Below, one piece after another: positions 6,838 to 15,119 of a stretch of 32,000 nt of DNA. The notes beneath the pieces were generated by a model. It saw only the letters and a program-made list of their open reading frames with translations, searched no databases and was not told the DNA's origin. The DNA lies in contig NC_011979.1 in the NCBI RefSeq assembly GCF_000022265.1, positions 1,080,001-1,112,000 of the forward strand, in the 5' to 3' direction. The position numbers and the translations under genes are program-made. Position 1 is the first letter of the stretch. Every line of letters begins with the position of its first letter. This DNA is from Geotalea daltonii FRC-32. Its GTDB lineage: Bacteria > Desulfobacterota > Desulfuromonadia > Geobacterales > Geobacteraceae.

Positions 6838-8106
6838 TTTGTTATCAATTGCTTCCATGTCATTTAACCTTTGTAGCAAAACGTCAATCTCATACTTTGG
6901 ATATAGCAGGTCTTTGGAGTCTTCAGCAAGACACTCTAACATTGTAATAAGCTTCAGCCTTACCCGTCCTAGGACAGTATTAATATCTGCTTTTAATATT
7001 TGGTTAACATCAGGCAATGATCTTGCCGCCTGTACAACCATCCCTCCCACCATTACAGAGTAGAAGACAGCCTCATCATGGCGTCTCGTTTGCAGCGCAT
7101 TTAAACCCTTATCTCCGATGAGTCCCTCGAAAGCCATGATATTCGGGTGAAGAACTTGAGAACTTTTCTGGTAAAAGACGTCAAAGAAATTGACATCAGA
7201 CTGGACAAAGGAAGATTCAGCCATCGTGAATCCAGATATCTGCCCCATGTATTTTTGCCCTGTCTTCTTATCAACAATAACTTTCTTGTTGTAACCTTTG
7301 CCTTTTTTCTCATACTCATGTGTTCCAGCGTGCAAACCTATGACGGCATCAACTAAATCATGGACTTGAGATGGATGCTTTAAAACGTAGATAATATGAA
7401 GATAGTTTTCATATAAGCTACGTGTCAACGAATAGGCATCGTCACTCATTCTGTTATCTAACAATGTCTTAATAGAGAGAAGAGTTCTGTGGGATTTAGT
7501 TAAACAAAAACAGATGTAGTCGACATGAGTAAGGATGAAATAATCATTGCTTTGATCAGGCCCTAGCGTGTTTATGTACCGATCACCAATGAACCCAAAA
7601 AGGTAAATTAATGACGTAATTTCCCTTTGGACCTCTCCTACTAATTGTTTTATGACAAAGCCTTTAGAGCTCTCGTACGGGTCGCCACCATGCTTTTGGA
7701 ACTCTTTTTGCGCATCATCCCATTCGATTAGCGCTCGCCCGGGAAATTTATCTAGGTTTGATGAGGAAATGAGATAGCCGGTCTTTTTGTATGCGTATAT
7801 TAAATCAGCACTGATACCAGACTTTTCCATTGCAGCTATCATGTTGTTCTTAACTTCTTCGGGAGTTATCAAATATTTTTCGAGAAAAAGGGGGTCATCA
7901 TCAAGGGGCTCTCTACCGAAGATCTCCCTAAATACCTCTACTTGTCCCCGCAAAGCCGAAAGTAGTTCATCGTCATCAATACTATACTCTCTTAGCAAGT
8001 CGCCTGACTCATCAACTCGCAACCGAAAGTCTTTAGAATCACAACATTTTTTGAATTTTTTGCCACTCCCGCAAGGACAGGGCTCATTTCTTCCGATTTT
8101 TTTCAT
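6832..8106 (-). CDS. SEC-C motif protein, 424 aa, with a large helical C-terminal domain of unknown function (possibly DUF5677-like)
   Basis: The N-terminus MKKIGRNEPCPCGSGKKFKKCC is the SecA C-terminal type Zn-binding SEC-C motif. The C-terminal half (CFCLTKSHRTLLSIKTLLDNRMSDDAYSLTRSLYENYLHIIYV) resembles DUF5677 as I recall it. The ATG is preceded by GTTATCA-AAGGTCAT. Confidence 0.75.
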   Translation of the reverse strand: MKKIGRNEPCPCGSGKKFKKCCDSKDFRLRVDESGDLLREYSIDDDELLSALRGQVEVFREIFGREPLDDDPLFLEKYLITPEEVKNNMIAAMEKSGISADLIYAYKKTGYLISSSNLDKFPGRALIEWDDAQKEFQKHGGDPYESSKGFVIKQLVGEVQREITSLIYLFGFIGDRYINTLGPDQSNDYFILTHVDYICFCLTKSHRTLLSIKTLLDNRMSDDAYSLTRSLYENYLHIIYVLKHPSQVHDLVDAVIGLHAGTHEYEKKGKGYNKKVIVDKKTGQKYMGQISGFTMAESSFVQSDVNFFDVFYQKSSQVLHPNIMAFEGLIGDKGLNALQTRRHDEAVFYSVMVGGMVVQAARSLPDVNQILKADINTVLGRVRLKLITMLECLAEDSKDLLYPKYEIDVLLQRLNDMEAIDNKA

Positions 8107-8144
8107 ATGACCTTTGATAACTCGTTAATGAGCAGTTAGAATGC

Positions 8145-8228
8145 TCTATATACATGTATATGGGTCAATATAGGTGTATATGGTTCTATCTACACCTATA
8201 TAGGCCTTTGCTATATATATGTAGATAG
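8145..8228. repeat. Four AT-rich ~18-bp palindrome-like repeats (three direct, one inverted): operator-like or attI accessory sites
   Basis: The units are CTATATACATGTATATG (8145-8161), CAATATAGGTGTATATG (8166-8182), CTATCTACACCTATATAG (8186-8203, inverted) and CTATATATATGTAGATAG (8211-8228). The consensus is CTATATAnnTGTAkATAG, with unit starts 20-25 bp apart. Confidence 0.7.
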
Positions 8229-8235
8229 AAGGGGG

Positions 8236-8595
8236 TCACTGTTTATTATCAAACCCATCTACATCTATATACTTTTCCAGTGGTGTGCCTACAATCTGCC
8301 CGTAGGGAACAAGCCACAGTTGCTTATCTGGGTTCCACCGACCGCCTGCAGCTTTTGCCTTGTTACGTGTAGCCATATCAGTGGCTTTAATCCTGAGAGG
8401 GACCAAGGTGTTATGTGTGATTCGTGGCCGAGGTGGTGTCCAGTCGCTACGTTCGACTACCAATTCCACCGTCTTGATTCTTTCATTTGTTTCCGGATCG
8501 TAGCGGAACCTGACGCAGACAAGGGCGTCCCCGTATTTCTTCGTCAGAGTTTTGGTCCCATGCTGTCCAGGTTTTAGTGTCAGACGGGTCTTCAC
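8236..8595 (-). CDS. 119-aa hypothetical protein adjacent to intI; C-terminal AKxxGGRWNPxxxLWxVP module
   Basis: The GTG start at 8595-8593 has a GAGG Shine-Dalgarno 5 nt upstream. The sequences LKPGQHGTKTLTKKYGDALVCVRFRYD and KAKAAGGRWNPDKQLWLVPYG resemble widespread uncharacterised small proteins. I recall the latter module as DUF5710, unverified. Confidence 0.65.
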   Translation of the reverse strand: MKTRLTLKPGQHGTKTLTKKYGDALVCVRFRYDPETNERIKTVELVVERSDWTPPRPRITHNTLVPLRIKATDMATRNKAKAAGGRWNPDKQLWLVPYGQIVGTPLEKYIDVDGFDNKQ

Positions 8596-8645
8596 ATTAT
8601 CCTCGATTTTTATTGAGAATTTTTATCGCAAACTATACGCAATTT

Positions 8646-8674
8646 TTGATAAAACGTGAATTAAAAACTATAAG
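8646..8674 (+). promoter_or_regulatory. Candidate intI promoter
   Basis: TTGATA (8646-8651), a 17-nt spacer, then TATAAG (8669-8674). This leaves only about 10 nt to the ATG at 8684, so the call is doubtful. Confidence 0.2.
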
Positions 8675-8683
8675 GATGAAACG

Positions 8684-9100
8684 ATGATTGTGCTCCCTCA
8701 CCACCTTTACAAACAGTACCAGGCGTTTTGCGGCAAAAGCGGTGTCACTGGTGCCGGTCTCGTAGATCACTTTAAGTGGCTTCGGTACTTTCTTGATTTT
8801 TGTGAGAAGTACAAAGTGGCAGGAGAGGAAGCTCATCGTACTAGCTTGTTCCTAAAGAAGCTTGAGCAGAAAGGGCAGCCCGAAGAAAAGCGAAAACAGG
8901 CTCAGCATGCCGTTAATCTCTATTTCAAGATGATTAGAGGCAGCTCAAAGGACGAAACATCTGTATACAGAGCTCAAGGATCAGAGGCTAAAAAGTTGGA
9001 AGGAAAGACATCTGAAAAGGCTCGATTAAGCAGTGATAGGAAGTCCTTCTACCTTGAACTTGGCTATCAAGAGAATCCGATTCTTCCGAGTGGGACATAG
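8684..9100 (+). CDS. ORF encoding an extra integrase N-terminal SAM-like (core-binding type) domain, directly abutting intI in another frame
   Basis: An AAGGA Shine-Dalgarno precedes the ATG at 8684. The segment FLKKLEQKGQPEEKRKQAQHAVNLYF mirrors the YLTYLAVKCHVAASTQNQAFNSLLFLY segment of the IntI ORF. The TAG stop at 9098-9100 overlaps the GTG of intI by 1 nt. Confidence 0.5.
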   Translation: MIVLPHHLYKQYQAFCGKSGVTGAGLVDHFKWLRYFLDFCEKYKVAGEEAHRTSLFLKKLEQKGQPEEKRKQAQHAVNLYFKMIRGSSKDETSVYRAQGSEAKKLEGKTSEKARLSSDRKSFYLELGYQENPILPSGT

Positions 9101-10050
9101 TGATAGGCAAGCTGGCTGATGAAATCAAGGTGCGGCACTATTCTCGCAAGACATTGAAAACCTACGCCTTGTGGTCCCGCCAGTTCCAGCGCTTCTTGAA
9201 GAACAAACCGCCGGCAGAGCTAACGACTGCCGACGTCAAAGAATACCTGACATACCTGGCAGTAAAATGTCACGTCGCCGCTTCGACGCAGAATCAGGCC
9301 TTCAACTCCCTCCTATTTCTTTACCGCCATGCCTTGAAGCGCGACTTCGGCGAACTGCGTGACGTACCGCGTGCGAAGAAGTCCCTTTATGTGCCGGTAG
9401 TACTCTCTCGTGAGGAAATAGATGGCATCATTGAAAATCTGTACTACCCCTACAGCCTGATCGTAAAGCTTTTGTTCGGCTGCGGACTGCGCCTCTTTGA
9501 ATGCCTGCAACTGCGGGTGCGTGATTTCAATTTTGACGCGGGGATTCTGACGATTCACGGCAAGGGGAAGAAGGATCGGACGGTGCCACTGCCGGAATCA
9601 ATCGTAAAAGAACTGCAAAGGCAAATTAAAAGGGTGAGCGACTTACATGTGAAAGATCTTGCGGATGGATACGACGGGGTGTTTCTCGATGACGCTGTGG
9701 AAAAGAAATATCCCAAGGCGCCGAAGGAGCTGATACACCAATGGTTCTTTCCCCAACAGTCTCTGACTCTGATGGAGGAATCCGGCCAGCGGCGGCGCTG
9801 GCATGTGCATGAATCGAAACTGCAGAAGGCCCTCTATGTCGCTGTTCGCAGAGCAGCCATCCCCAAGCGGGTTACTGCCCACACTTTCCGCCACTCATTT
9901 GCAACCCACCTGCTGCAGGCCAACTACGACATCCGCACCATACAGAAACTGCTTGGCCACGCCAGCCTCAAGACCACCATGATCTACACACACTGCGTGC
10001 CGGTGCGGACCATCCAGGAGCCGAAAAGCCCGCTGGATTTAGGACCATAA
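9100..10050 (+). CDS. intI: Integron integrase IntI (tyrosine recombinase)
   Basis: Catalytic residues are present: R (GLRLFE), K (HGKGKKDR), HxxR (HTFRHSFATHLL), H (LLGHASLKTT) and Y (MIYTH). The IntI-specific insertion AVEKKYPKAPKELIHQWFFPQQ...GQRRRWHVH is present, and the gene faces away from the cassette array. Confidence 0.9.
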   Translation: MIGKLADEIKVRHYSRKTLKTYALWSRQFQRFLKNKPPAELTTADVKEYLTYLAVKCHVAASTQNQAFNSLLFLYRHALKRDFGELRDVPRAKKSLYVPVVLSREEIDGIIENLYYPYSLIVKLLFGCGLRLFECLQLRVRDFNFDAGILTIHGKGKKDRTVPLPESIVKELQRQIKRVSDLHVKDLADGYDGVFLDDAVEKKYPKAPKELIHQWFFPQQSLTLMEESGQRRRWHVHESKLQKALYVAVRRAAIPKRVTAHTFRHSFATHLLQANYDIRTIQKLLGHASLKTTMIYTHCVPVRTIQEPKSPLDLGP

Positions 10051-10083
10051 GGCAAAGGCTGATCACAGCCTCCACTCTTCACG

Positions 10084-11487
10084 CTACTCTGCGCAACAGG
10101 AAAGCCGGCTGATGTCGCGGCTGAACCCCTGGGCGCAGAGGCGCAGCCCCTCGGCCATGGAAGGGTAGACGTGCAGCATGCCCGCCAGATCGTCGATGGT
10201 CAGCTTGAAACGGATGGCCAGGGCGGCTTCGTTGATGACATCCGCCCCGCGGTGGCAGCATAGATGGACGCCCAGCAGCCGGCCGCTTTCCGAGTCGGCA
10301 ACCATCTTGATGGCGCCATGGGTATCACCTGTCACATGGGCCTTGGGCACGGCGGATATGGGCATGGTATTGACGCTTACGGAGAAACCTGCCTTGCGGG
10401 CTGCACCTTCCGTGTAGCCGACCATGGCCACTTCCGGATCGGTAAAGATGGCCATGGGAACAGAATGGTAGTCCATGAGACAGCCGCAGCCGGGATTCAC
10501 CATGTTATCTATGGCTACTATGCCTTCCCGTGCGCCGACCGTGGCGATCATCATCCCCCCCACGATGTCGCCGGCGGCCCAGATGCCCGGCACATTGGTG
10601 CGCATCTGCCCATCGACCCGGATAAAACCTTTACCGTCCAGCTCAATTCCGGTCTTTTCCAGACCGATGTCTGCCGTGGCCGGTGCGGTGCCGACGGCAA
10701 CCAGCAGTTTCTCCGCCCTGAACTGCTGTGTGGTTCCGTCAACTTCGGCTTCAACTATCGTTGTATTTCCTTCCTGGCTTACGGAGCAGGTCGAGGCATT
10801 GACGACGATCTGCATCCCCTCTGCTGCCAATGCTTCCTGCATGGCCATGACTATTTCTTCCTCGACCGTGGGGAGCAGGCGCCTGCCATGCTCCAGCACC
10901 GTTACCCGGCTTCCCATTCTCAGGTACATCTGCCCCAGTTCAACGGCGATGACGCCACCACCGATAATAACCAGTGATTCGGGGATCGTTTTCAACAGGA
11001 GAGCACTTCGGCTGGTGAGATAGTGGATCTTGTCCAGTCCGGGAATAGCGATGGTGCGGGGGTGGCCGCCGGCCGCGATCAGTATTTTCCGGCTGCGAAA
11101 GACCTGCTCTTCCACTTGAACGGCATCGGGGGCGATAAATCGTGCCGTCCCTTTTACCACTTCCACCTTAGGCGCCTTCTTGAGCACGTTCAGATATCTG
11201 GTTTGCCGAAGATGGTTTACAACTTGATCTTTATAGGCAAAGAACAACGGAAAATCAATGCCGTCGGTTGCCGTACCGGTCCCCATTTGTGCGCCGGCCA
11301 TGGCCGTATGGCGCACAAAGGAGCCATGGATCAAGGTTTTGCTCGGTATGCAGCCCCAATTGATGCAGGTCCCGCCGAGAACGCTTTTTTCGATCATCTT
11401 CACCCGCAGCCCAAGGGTTTGGGCGCGCAGGGCAGCGGCAAAGGCGGTGGAACCGGAACCTACGATGATTACATCTTCAGCGGACAT
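10084..11487 (-). CDS. MerA-like FAD-dependent pyridine nucleotide-disulfide oxidoreductase (core only, no N-terminal HMA domain)
   Basis: Seen in the product: GSGSTAFAAA (FAD binding), the redox CxxxxC GGTCINWGCIPSK, and the C-terminal YPSMAEGLRLCAQGFSRDISRLSCCAE. The last carries the MerA-type vicinal Cys pair. The start was chosen at the ATG at 11487, which has a GGAGGA Shine-Dalgarno. Confidence 0.75.
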   Translation of the reverse strand: MSAEDVIIVGSGSTAFAAALRAQTLGLRVKMIEKSVLGGTCINWGCIPSKTLIHGSFVRHTAMAGAQMGTGTATDGIDFPLFFAYKDQVVNHLRQTRYLNVLKKAPKVEVVKGTARFIAPDAVQVEEQVFRSRKILIAAGGHPRTIAIPGLDKIHYLTSRSALLLKTIPESLVIIGGGVIAVELGQMYLRMGSRVTVLEHGRRLLPTVEEEIVMAMQEALAAEGMQIVVNASTCSVSQEGNTTIVEAEVDGTTQQFRAEKLLVAVGTAPATADIGLEKTGIELDGKGFIRVDGQMRTNVPGIWAAGDIVGGMMIATVGAREGIVAIDNMVNPGCGCLMDYHSVPMAIFTDPEVAMVGYTEGAARKAGFSVSVNTMPISAVPKAHVTGDTHGAIKMVADSESGRLLGVHLCCHRGADVINEAALAIRFKLTIDDLAGMLHVYPSMAEGLRLCAQGFSRDISRLSCCAE

Positions 11488-11743
11488 GCACATCCTCCCT
11501 GGCAACTAAGTTTACTTCAACCTCGACCCCTGGCAATGGGTGCTTTGAAAACAACCGGCAGGGCTGCATTGCGAAACCATCAGGCACCTGGCTCTTCAGC
11601 CGCTTTCCGGTACACGGGTGGAGATCTTGCAGAAATTGGCGAGGTCTTTTTCATGGCGTTTTGCAAAGCCCTGATAAAGGATGATTGACAGCGGAGTCAA
11701 CATGATGTGGAATAGGGATTCTTTTTGGAGAATGGAGGTTGCC

Positions 11744-13777
11744 ATGGATAAGCAGCGGCTCACGGAAGGACAGATGCGGTTGGGGGCAAATACACTGAGG
11801 ATGCTGGCGGTTGATGCCGTGGAGAAGGCTAACTCCGGCCATCCGGGGCTTCCCATGGGGGCTGCCGATTATGCCTTCACCCTGTGGCACAACCATCTGC
11901 GTTTCAACTGCGAGAAGCCGGACTGGCCCAATCGTGACCGTTTCATCCTTTCGGCCGGGCACGGGTCCATGCTCCTTTACGGACTGCTCCACCTGTTCGG
12001 TTTCGACCTGCCGATGGACGAGCTGAAAAACTTCCGCCAATGGGGAAGCCGTACTCCGGGACACCCAGAACATGGGGCTCCCGGTGTTGAAGTAACCACC
12101 GGCCCCCTTGGCCAGGGGTTTGCCAACGGCGTCGGTATGGCCCTGGCGGCAAAGATGGCTGCCGCCAGATTCAACGACGACACGTTCTCTCCCATCGACC
12201 ACCGCATTTATGCCATTGTCAGCGATGGTGACCTCATGGAGGGCATCAGTTCGGAAGCGGCTTCCCTTGCCGGTCATCTGAAACTGGGCAACATCGTTTA
12301 CATATATGACGATAACGGCATTACCATCGAGGGTAAGACCGAGCTTGCCTTTTCCGAGAACGTCGGCAAAAAATTCACGGCCTTGGGGTGGCATGTGCAG
12401 CGCATCGACGGCCACGACTTTGACCAGATAGAGGCGGCCTTGGGTGCGGCCCGCTCGGAGAAGGAATTCCCTTCTTTGATCATCGCCCGGACCCATATTG
12501 CCCATGGCAGCCCGAATAAGGCTGATTCGGCGGCGGCCCACGGTTCTCCACTCGGTGCCGAGGAGGCGCTGGCAACACGCCAGGCTCTGGGCTGGCCGAA
12601 AGAAACATTTCATGTGCCTGCTGAAGTGCGGGCTCTTTGCCGGCGGCGGACAGAGGAATTGAAGGGAGAATACGCCGCGTGGCAGAAAGGCTTTCAACAA
12701 TGGCAACGGCGCAATCCTGAAAAGGCAGCCCTGTGGGAGGAGATGTGGCAGCGCCGGGTGCCGGTTGAACTGGACGAGAAGCTGCTGAAGGCATCGGCCG
12801 GAGCCGACGGGGCGACCCGCTCCCTTTCCGGGCGCGTCATCCAGCAGGCGGCTGCTCTGGTACCGGCTCTGGTGGGTGGTTCTGCCGACCTGGAGCCATC
12901 CAACAACACCGGTATCAAGGGCGCAGGTTCCATAGCCGCCGGATCCTTTGCCGGGCGCAATATCCACTTCGGTATCCGCGAACATGCCATGGCCGCCATG
13001 ATGAACGGCATGGCCCTCTATGGTTGTTTTATCCCCTTTGGCGGTACCTTCCTCGCCTTTTCCGACTACTGCCGCCCTTCCATCCGCTTGGCCGCACTGA
13101 TGGGGCTGCAGGTCGTCTATGTCTTCACCCATGATTCCATACTGCTCGGCGAGGACGGGCCGACCCACCAGCCGGTGGAACAGATCTCGGCGCTGCGTCT
13201 CATTCCCAATCTTACCGTTTTTCGCCCCGCAGACGGCACGGAAACGGCCATGGCCTGGAATGCGGCCCTGGCGAAAAAATCAGGCCCGACGGCATTGATC
13301 CTGACCAGGCAGAAGGTGCCGACCCTGCTCCGTCAAGATGCCTTCGATCCGAAAGCAGTTCTGCGGGGGGCATATGTGGTGGAAACCGCGGATACTCCGC
13401 TGGTAACCATCATGGCCAGCGGCTCCGAGGTCTCGCTGGCGATGGCAGCCGGAAATCTCCTGGCGAAACAGGGCGTTGGCGCCAGGATTGTCTCAATACC
13501 CTGTCTGGAGACCTTCCTGGCCCAGTCGGCGAGCTACCGACAGTCGGTGCTGGGGGGACGATCGGTGCGGGTGGCCGTTGAGGCCGGCCATGGGGCACTC
13601 TGGTGGCGGCTTCTGGGCAGGAACGGCCTCTTCATCGGAGTGGAGGCATTCGGGGCGTCTGCCCCCGACAGGGTGCTGGCGGAAAAATACGGTCTGACGC
13701 CTGAGTCGGTGGCAGAGCGGATCGTAAAACACCTGAAAAGGAAACCTGCACCCCCCTCGATCTCCCCTATGGAATAG
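11744..13777 (+). CDS. tkt: Transketolase
   Basis: Motifs seen: [28 protein letters not shown], the ThDP motif [10 protein letters not shown], and [18 protein letters not shown]. The ATG at 11744 has a GGAGG Shine-Dalgarno, so the track start at 11681 is an extension. Confidence 0.93.
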   Translation: MDKQRLTEGQMRLGANTLRMLAVDAVEKANSGHPGLPMGAADYAFTLWHNHLRFNCEKPDWPNRDRFILSAGHGSMLLYGLLHLFGFDLPMDELKNFRQWGSRTPGHPEHGAPGVEVTTGPLGQGFANGVGMALAAKMAAARFNDDTFSPIDHRIYAIVSDGDLMEGISSEAASLAGHLKLGNIVYIYDDNGITIEGKTELAFSENVGKKFTALGWHVQRIDGHDFDQIEAALGAARSEKEFPSLIIARTHIAHGSPNKADSAAAHGSPLGAEEALATRQALGWPKETFHVPAEVRALCRRRTEELKGEYAAWQKGFQQWQRRNPEKAALWEEMWQRRVPVELDEKLLKASAGADGATRSLSGRVIQQAAALVPALVGGSADLEPSNNTGIKGAGSIAAGSFAGRNIHFGIREHAMAAMMNGMALYGCFIPFGGTFLAFSDYCRPSIRLAALMGLQVVYVFTHDSILLGEDGPTHQPVEQISALRLIPNLTVFRPADGTETAMAWNAALAKKSGPTALILTRQKVPTLLRQDAFDPKAVLRGAYVVETADTPLVTIMASGSEVSLAMAAGNLLAKQGVGARIVSIPCLETFLAQSASYRQSVLGGRSVRVAVEAGHGALWWRLLGRNGLFIGVEAFGASAPDRVLAEKYGLTPESVAERIVKHLKRKPAPPSISPME

Positions 13778-13899
13778 GGGGAAGCGAGCGCAAGAGAGCA
13801 GGGGGCCAAGATGAGAAGAATCTCCAACCACCTTTTGGGGTTTATAATCAATGAAATCGGTATAAGCTGTGGATGAAGCTTTTGACCTGAGGAGTACCA

Positions 13900-14589
13900 A
13901 TGGAAATTCCGCAAATTCTGAAAAAATCCCTGCTCTTTTCCGGGCTGGATGACGAGAACCTGGCCCAGGTGGAGGCGATTGCCGTGAAACGTCCTTTTGC
14001 CAAAGGGGAATCCCTCTTTACGGACGGGGAGGTTGCCAATGGCTTCTATCTTCTGGCTGAAGGTTCCATGAAATTGTGTAAAATTTCCCCAGACGGCAGG
14101 GAGAAAGTGTTACATTTTGTCCATGCCGGGGAAACCTTTGCCGAGGCCGCCTTTTTCGGCGACGGCAAATATCCCGCCGAGGCCAAGGCCATGGAGAACG
14201 GCGAGGCGATTTTCTTCCCCCGCGAGGCTTTCATGGGGCTTTTGGAGAGAAATCCACGTTTCTCCCTGAATCTGATAGTGTCCCTTTCCCTTCTGCTGCG
14301 CCGATTTGCCAGGCAGATCGAGGAACTTTCCTTTGCCGATGTGCCGGCGCGGCTTGCCGCTTACCTGGTTGAACTGGCGGAAAGGAAATCCACCTCTTTT
14401 CAGGGCAAGACCTATATCGATCTGGACATGAAAAAGGGGGAACTGGCATCCCGTTTGGGGACGGTCAGCGAGACTCTGTCCCGCACCTTCAGGAAACTGA
14501 AGGAGGAGGGGCTTATAGAGGTGGATGGCGGGCGGGTGGTCGTAAATGATATGGAGCGGTTGAAGGGACTGATAGGAAAGGGTTCCTAG
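13900..14589 (+). CDS. Crp/Fnr-family transcription regulator
   Basis: The protein has an N-terminal cNMP-binding beta-barrel pattern (GESLFTDGEVANGFYLLAEGSMKL) and a C-terminal HTH (ELASRLGTVSETLSRTFRKLKEEGLI). It lacks an FNR-type N-terminal Cys cluster. Confidence 0.85.
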   Translation: MEIPQILKKSLLFSGLDDENLAQVEAIAVKRPFAKGESLFTDGEVANGFYLLAEGSMKLCKISPDGREKVLHFVHAGETFAEAAFFGDGKYPAEAKAMENGEAIFFPREAFMGLLERNPRFSLNLIVSLSLLLRRFARQIEELSFADVPARLAAYLVELAERKSTSFQGKTYIDLDMKKGELASRLGTVSETLSRTFRKLKEEGLIEVDGGRVVVNDMERLKGLIGKGS

Positions 14590-15119
14590 TCTGTATCGTG
14601 ATAGTCCAGCACTCGCTGAATGAAGGATTCACGGACAGCCGTCAGGTGCAGCGTTTCCTCTTCTTCCATGGGCATCAGCGGGAATTGGCGGACCATGGCT
14701 TCGGCAAACAATCCCCTGCCGGTTGCGGCGGAAACTCCTTCATTGAAGACCTCTACCCGGCAAAGCCCGCAGCTGGGCGATCTCGCCTTGAAAATGAACC
14801 CTGACAAGGCCAGTCCTTTCAGCCGTATGACTTCCATCTGGCAGAAATACTGCATCGGGACAGTCAGGTCCTGGCGGGTTCTTATTACCATCAGGTTCGG
14901 CTCCGCCGGATTTCCTTCCAGGCGCATGGCATCCCTTGGTGTGGGCAGGCCGCAGCCTGTTTCGGGGCATACTCCGACCAGGGTAAATAGCCTGCCCAGG
15001 GTATCGGTGATGACGGGGTCAAGCTTATGCCCGCCATTGTAGCGGACCTTCTCTCCCAGCAAACATGAGCTGACGCCGATCTTTAATTTGTTTTCGGGCC
15101 TGCGGTCCTCAAGTTCCAT
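14586..15119 (-). CDS. DUF523 family protein (TudS-like)
   Basis: The N-terminal segment IGVSSCLLGEKVRYNGGHK is the characteristic DUF523 Cys motif. The gene converges on the crp-like gene, with the two stop codons overlapping in CTAG. Confidence 0.7.
   Translation of the reverse strand: MELEDRRPENKLKIGVSSCLLGEKVRYNGGHKLDPVITDTLGRLFTLVGVCPETGCGLPTPRDAMRLEGNPAEPNLMVIRTRQDLTVPMQYFCQMEVIRLKGLALSGFIFKARSPSCGLCRVEVFNEGVSAATGRGLFAEAMVRQFPLMPMEEEETLHLTAVRESFIQRVLDYHDTD

Larger units (their letters stand above)
1..10050. mobile_element. Integron: intI at the right end plus a divergently oriented minus-strand cassette array that continues beyond position 1
   Basis: An IntI-type recombinase with the IntI-specific insertion lies at 9100-10050. 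All ORFs to its left are on the opposite strand and are separated by ten attC-like imperfect palindromes with RYYYAAC / GTTRRRY boxes. The region is clearly more AT-rich than the sequence right of 10050. Confidence 0.85.

Noticed and set aside
8107-8235. Possibility that the AT-rich repeat block is an ordinary attC closing a 119-aa cassette
   Set aside because: There is no RYYYAAC box after the stop codon and no R''/R' complementarity. The only AAC/GTT pair (TTCTAAC...GTTATCA) is about 25 bp apart, too short for an attC. It is kept as an unresolved attI/operator question in the findings.
8633-8836. 67-aa minus-strand ORF overlapping the start of the intI-associated ORF
   Set aside because: It has no Shine-Dalgarno and a low-complexity product. 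It overlaps a plus-strand ORF that has recognisable integrase N-domain features.
10264-11688. Plus-strand ORFs 10264-10977, 10475-11023 and 11023-11688
   Set aside because: They are antisense to the MerA-like gene, which has the FAD motif, the CxxxxC motif and the C-terminal CC.
11651-13168. 505-aa minus-strand ORF
   Set aside because: It is antisense to the unmistakable transketolase gene. The product is Gly/Arg/Pro/His-rich with no motifs, typical of a shadow ORF in GC-rich DNA.
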